57,907 nucleotides of DNA, from contig CAWGVG010000052.1 of assembly GCA_963825865.1 (NCBI GenBank), forward strand, positions 1 to 57,907, read 5' to 3'. The translations under genes and the position numbers were made by a program. Under the pieces are notes generated by a model. That model saw only the letters and a list, made by a program, of their open reading frames with translations, searched no databases and was not told the DNA's origin. The DNA comes from an uncultured Nitrososphaeraceae archaeon (GTDB lineage: Archaea; Thermoproteota; Nitrososphaeria; Nitrososphaerales; Nitrososphaeraceae). Position 1 is the first letter of the stretch. Each line of letters opens with the position of its first letter. Of the stretch, positions 54,469-57,907 are shown piece after piece.

Positions 54469-55520
54469 AGATGTATTGCGTAATTACGAAAGAAAATCTC
54501 TTTACGATGGTAAATCCTGATCTGTCTGCTTTTAGAGTAACATGCCATTAGTTCGCATCATTATTCTGAAATTTACCAATCCTGAAACAATGTCAGAAGC
54601 ATGATCATATCTTCCAAGCCTATTTCTAAATTTAGTACCCATTATTCCGAACTTTTTAATTCTGCTTACAGTATGCTCGACTATTATCCTTAGTTTGGAA
54701 TGCTTTCTATTATGTCTCTTTTCTCCATCTGTGAGTTCACTTTTCCTTTTCTTTCTAAATGGCAATACATACTTTACAGTGGGAAAATCATTCTGAACAC
54801 CCATGTAGCCAAGGTCAAGGATATTCTCAACTTGCGGTGGAGTCGTAGGATGTTTATTTTTGAAAATCTCATAATCATGTATTCTTCCCCTATCATGACC
54901 TGTTTTGTGCAGTATGGTACCTTCACCGTTTACCATATATTGTGTCTTGATAGTATGTTTCTTCTTTTTGCCAGAGTAATAGCTCTTTCTCTTTCTCTTG
55001 TTCTTTGGCCTTGGGATTTCTTGTTCGGAAGAGTCTATGAAAGCCTTGAAACCTGGGAAAGTACTCCTCTACTTCATCTATAGTCCTAAGCCTTCTGGAA
55101 CGTTTATACAACTTCTTTGGCAACGGGATACACCGTTTAACAAGAGGTTCTAACATGCATATATCCCTACAAACATTACTCTGGTCAAGGTCAAACAGAA
55201 ATCCTGAAAGTGTATACGTTATGTACAGCCTATAATACACTAAAAGTATCAAGAATCTTTCTTTAACTTTTAGTTTGAATGGTCTACCAGCACCTACTTT
55301 CCTTTCTCTCTTCCTTCTAGAAAGTCGCTTTCTTTCGTGTTCATCATATTTTGATTCTATATCTTTGGCAATAACATCAAATTCTGATACAGCCAGTCCA
55401 GTAAACGATCTAAATGAGAAAGGCCTCTTCGATAGTCTAGCATAAGACATCAAAATAGCATCGAGTATATGCATGACATTGTAGAATATAGCTGTAGGCT
55501 TTCAATTACGCAACAGGTCT
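54469..55520 (-). mobile_element. IS5-family (ISL2-like) insertion sequence, second copy
   Basis: Ends AGATGTATTGCGTAATT / AATTACGCAACAGGTCT; AGT on both flanks (54466-54468, 55521-55523); homologous to 10505-11551. Confidence 0.88.
54532..55450 (-). CDS. Transposase (HTH_Tnp_4 + DDE_Tnp_4), frameshift near 55055
   Basis: Same motifs as 10563-11478. Confidence 0.9.
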
Positions 55521-55562
55521 AGTGTGTTATTATAGAATGACAGCTTGTCTTTAATGAAATAA

Positions 55563-56198
55563 TCAAGTTTTTGCTCTTGGTAAATTCCAATTAAACTTCA
55601 TTGCTATAATGCGAAGGGATGTTGTTATTATTATACTCGGAATAGCTGCTATGCTTAAGTTAATATTTACTGATAACATGGCAAAGAGTGTTAAGATTCC
55701 GGCGAAACTTGCCGAGGCATAAAACTCCTTAACAAAAACTAGGGGAATTTCATTAACAAAAACATCCCTTAAAATGCCGCCGCCTATTGCGGTAAGTATC
55801 CCTGCAAAAGACATTGCAAGAAAATTCAAACCAAACAGGTTGTATGCGAAAGTAGATCCGATTACTGTGAATACTCCGAGACCAACTGCGTCAAATTTTA
55901 AAAATAAGTTCCAGTGCTTCTTCAATAAAGGATAAAGAAAGAAAATTACAACGCCCGTACTTGCTGTTATAGCAATATATAAAGAATTGATGACAGCAGT
56001 AGGTGGGAACTTTCCAAATATTATGTCTCGTATTACTCCTCCAGCGACTCCTGTAATGGTTGAGAGAATTATGATACCAACAATGTCCGATCCATGCTCA
56101 ATTGCCTTGAATGCCCCCGTTACTGCAAAAGCCATGGTACCAATAGATCCAAAATCTGAATAAGCAATGTCATTGACAGACTTGGATCTGACATCCAT
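55563..56198 (-). CDS. TRIC (UPF0126/YadS-like) membrane protein
   Basis: GTMAFAVTGA, GVAGGVIRD, DAVGLGVF, TAIGGGILRD, EFYA. Confidence 0.9.
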   Translation of the reverse strand: MDVRSKSVNDIAYSDFGSIGTMAFAVTGAFKAIEHGSDIVGIIILSTITGVAGGVIRDIIFGKFPPTAVINSLYIAITASTGVVIFFLYPLLKKHWNLFLKFDAVGLGVFTVIGSTFAYNLFGLNFLAMSFAGILTAIGGGILRDVFVNEIPLVFVKEFYASASFAGILTLFAMLSVNINLSIAAIPSIIITTSLRIIAMKFNWNLPRAKT

Positions 56199-56718
56199 AA
56201 ATAAGCATACATACCTAGATATTAAACTCTGTTTTGAGCTTCAAATCTATGTTGGTAGTTCGATCGGTATACAAAAGAATTTCTCCATTTCCTGATACAG
56301 ATGGTTTAATAATTGCGACTGAAATTGTACTAAATTCTATGAATTTGGAAAACGGTCTGCCAGATTGTCTATGGATGAAGTCGGCAAAGCAATAAAAAAT
56401 CTTGAATTTCGAACCGGTGAAAAATTGGAGACTGTTCGCTTTTGGTTTCTGTATGTTCTGATGCACATGTATCTATGCTTGGAATGATGGAAGCAATTCT
56501 TAACCCTTGGCTTAAATAATGTTAAAGTTCGAGGTCAATGAAGCAAAGCAATAATTTCAGTTTTACATGGAATACCTGTTGCAGACTCATCTATATGTTT
56601 GGAAAATAGTCCTTAATATTAATGACGAACTATTTGAAGACACTCTTGCTGTATAGGGTACGAATAATGAAGTAGTAGCTCACAAAACTTAAATTTGGAT
56701 ATTTTTTTCAACTAATGA

Positions 56719-56886
56719 ATGACAAATCCAGAGAGCCTCAGCAGTGTAACCTATGAGTGCATGCGATGTGGAACAGGTGTAACAGTTGAAGAATTGTCTA
56801 GGTTGCCGGAAATCAAATGCATTTGCGGATTCCGCGTTTTCCGTAAATCGAGGCAGCCAATCGTTAAGCAACTAAAGGCAATTTGA
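56719..56886 (+). CDS. rpo12: DNA-directed RNA polymerase subunit Rpo12 (RpoP)
   Basis: MTNPESLSSVTYECMRCGTGVTVEELSRLPEIKCICGFRVFRKSRQPIVKQLKAI*; missed by the ORF track. Confidence 0.92.
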   Translation: MTNPESLSSVTYECMRCGTGVTVEELSRLPEIKCICGFRVFRKSRQPIVKQLKAI

Positions 56887-57137
56887 TATCTACTCTTAAT
56901 ATTTCATGGGACATTTAGTAAGTGCGAGCGTGCTCCTTCGTATTGAATGTTACATGTAATATACTAATATCGTCTTTTCATAACAATTATGGACGATAAA
57001 AACTCCTTATCAATTTGAATTTTGCTGATTTTACATGCCGATACGATAGAAGGTGAATATACTAATTTCAGAATAAAAATTTAAAAAGTCAGTCAATATT
57101 GAAACCTTATTATATGTTCTTCATTGAATTACCTTCA

Positions 57138-57304
57138 ATGAAGATTATTTGCCCTGATTGCAAAGGTGAGCGGAGTTATCGGATGATTTTAGTTCTGTAA
57201 AGTGCTCTAAATGTTTAATAGATATGACATATGGCGAATATGTAAAATATGTCGCATACAAAGATAAAAGATATCGTGATATACTGAGTGATTACAAGCT
57301 TTAA
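57138..57304 (+). CDS. Small zinc-ribbon protein, frameshifted
   Basis: CPDCKG...DDFSSVKCSKC..DMTYGEYVKYVAYKDKRYRDILSDYKL*. Confidence 0.65.
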
Positions 57305-57568
57305 GTTTTACTAGATTATAGAAAAAAATCTGTTGCGTTGCTGCATTGAATTGTAGATTAATGAAATACGGTACTGGTCTAATGTTTATGTGTGATTAGA
57401 AATCGAAATAAATATGAAAATCAAGTAAACCTAGACAAAACTTTTTATAGTAATTGTAACTTTTTCGTCCTTAACAAATTATTGTTTTTTACAAAGTAAT
57501 AACAGTAGGAATGTAAACTATGACAAAGGGCTTTATCAGAAAACTGTAGACAAAAATCAGTTCATAAT

Positions 57569-57706
57569 TTAATATAAGATTAGTATCTTGTCACTTTCTT
57601 CTTCTTCTTCTTCTTCTTCTGATACATCATCATCTTCTAGATCTTCTTCAAACTCTTCTTCAACATCGTGACTATTGTCATCATCATTATGACTCGCTTC
57701 AGCCAT
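57569..57706 (-). CDS. Very acidic small protein (45 aa)
   Basis: MAEASHNDDDNSHDVEEEFEEDLEDDDVSEEEEEEEESDKILILY*; includes (GAA)8. Confidence 0.45.
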   Translation of the reverse strand: MAEASHNDDDNSHDVEEEFEEDLEDDDVSEEEEEEEESDKILILY

Positions 57707-57907
57707 GATAATATTAAATAAAACAGGTATTAATATAGTATTTCGATATCTGGTTTAATTTTCTTTATATAAATATTAAGAAGATAGTAGTAATACTTTG
57801 GAATTGTCATTCGTCTATAAAAATACTCAATTGGGGGTTGTACAAATGAATAAAAATATAGGGCACATTTCTTAATCAAAAAAAACAGACAGAGGGAGTA
57901 AAATCAT

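Noticed and set aside
56215-56466. 83-aa minus-strand ORF upstream of the TRIC gene
   Set aside because: No recognisable motif and a doubtful start; it cannot be supported.
56689-56871. 60-aa minus-strand ORF
   Set aside because: It is antisense to rpo12.

Overview
AT-rich archaeal DNA, most likely from a soil ammonia-oxidising archaeon of the Nitrososphaeraceae. The evidence is Rpo12/RpoP, a TFE-beta/RPC34-like factor, archaeal type II GAPDH and several lineage-typical hypothetical families that I recognise from memory rather than by search. The right ~21 kb is mostly core genome: CDF transporter, trpD/trpG, gap, a PQQ-type propeller, an SDR, a TRIC channel and rpo12. The left ~36 kb is an accessory mosaic containing: a GC-rich, bacterial-looking four-gene DyP-peroxidase island; two GC-richer secreted beta-propeller/lectin-like genes; a family of small secreted proteins with conserved promoter and terminator; a short signal-peptide plus 14-aa-core precursor; and defence relics. 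Five IS elements are spread across the whole window (two IS5/ISL2-like, IS630, IS6 and one DDE_Tnp_1 type). The most striking pattern is that the cargo blocks are repeatedly bordered by fragments of what looks like one virus-like replication/packaging module: four family-B polymerase pieces, terminase-like pieces, a helicase-like piece and DUF6788. This includes a PolB 3' direct repeat around 7.3 kb of cargo and a PolB piece bracketed by an inverted dispersed repeat. Many genes, including housekeeping trpD, carry single-base frameshifts, so uncorrected long-read indels are likely and pseudogene calls are provisional. No tRNA, rRNA or CRISPR array was seen.
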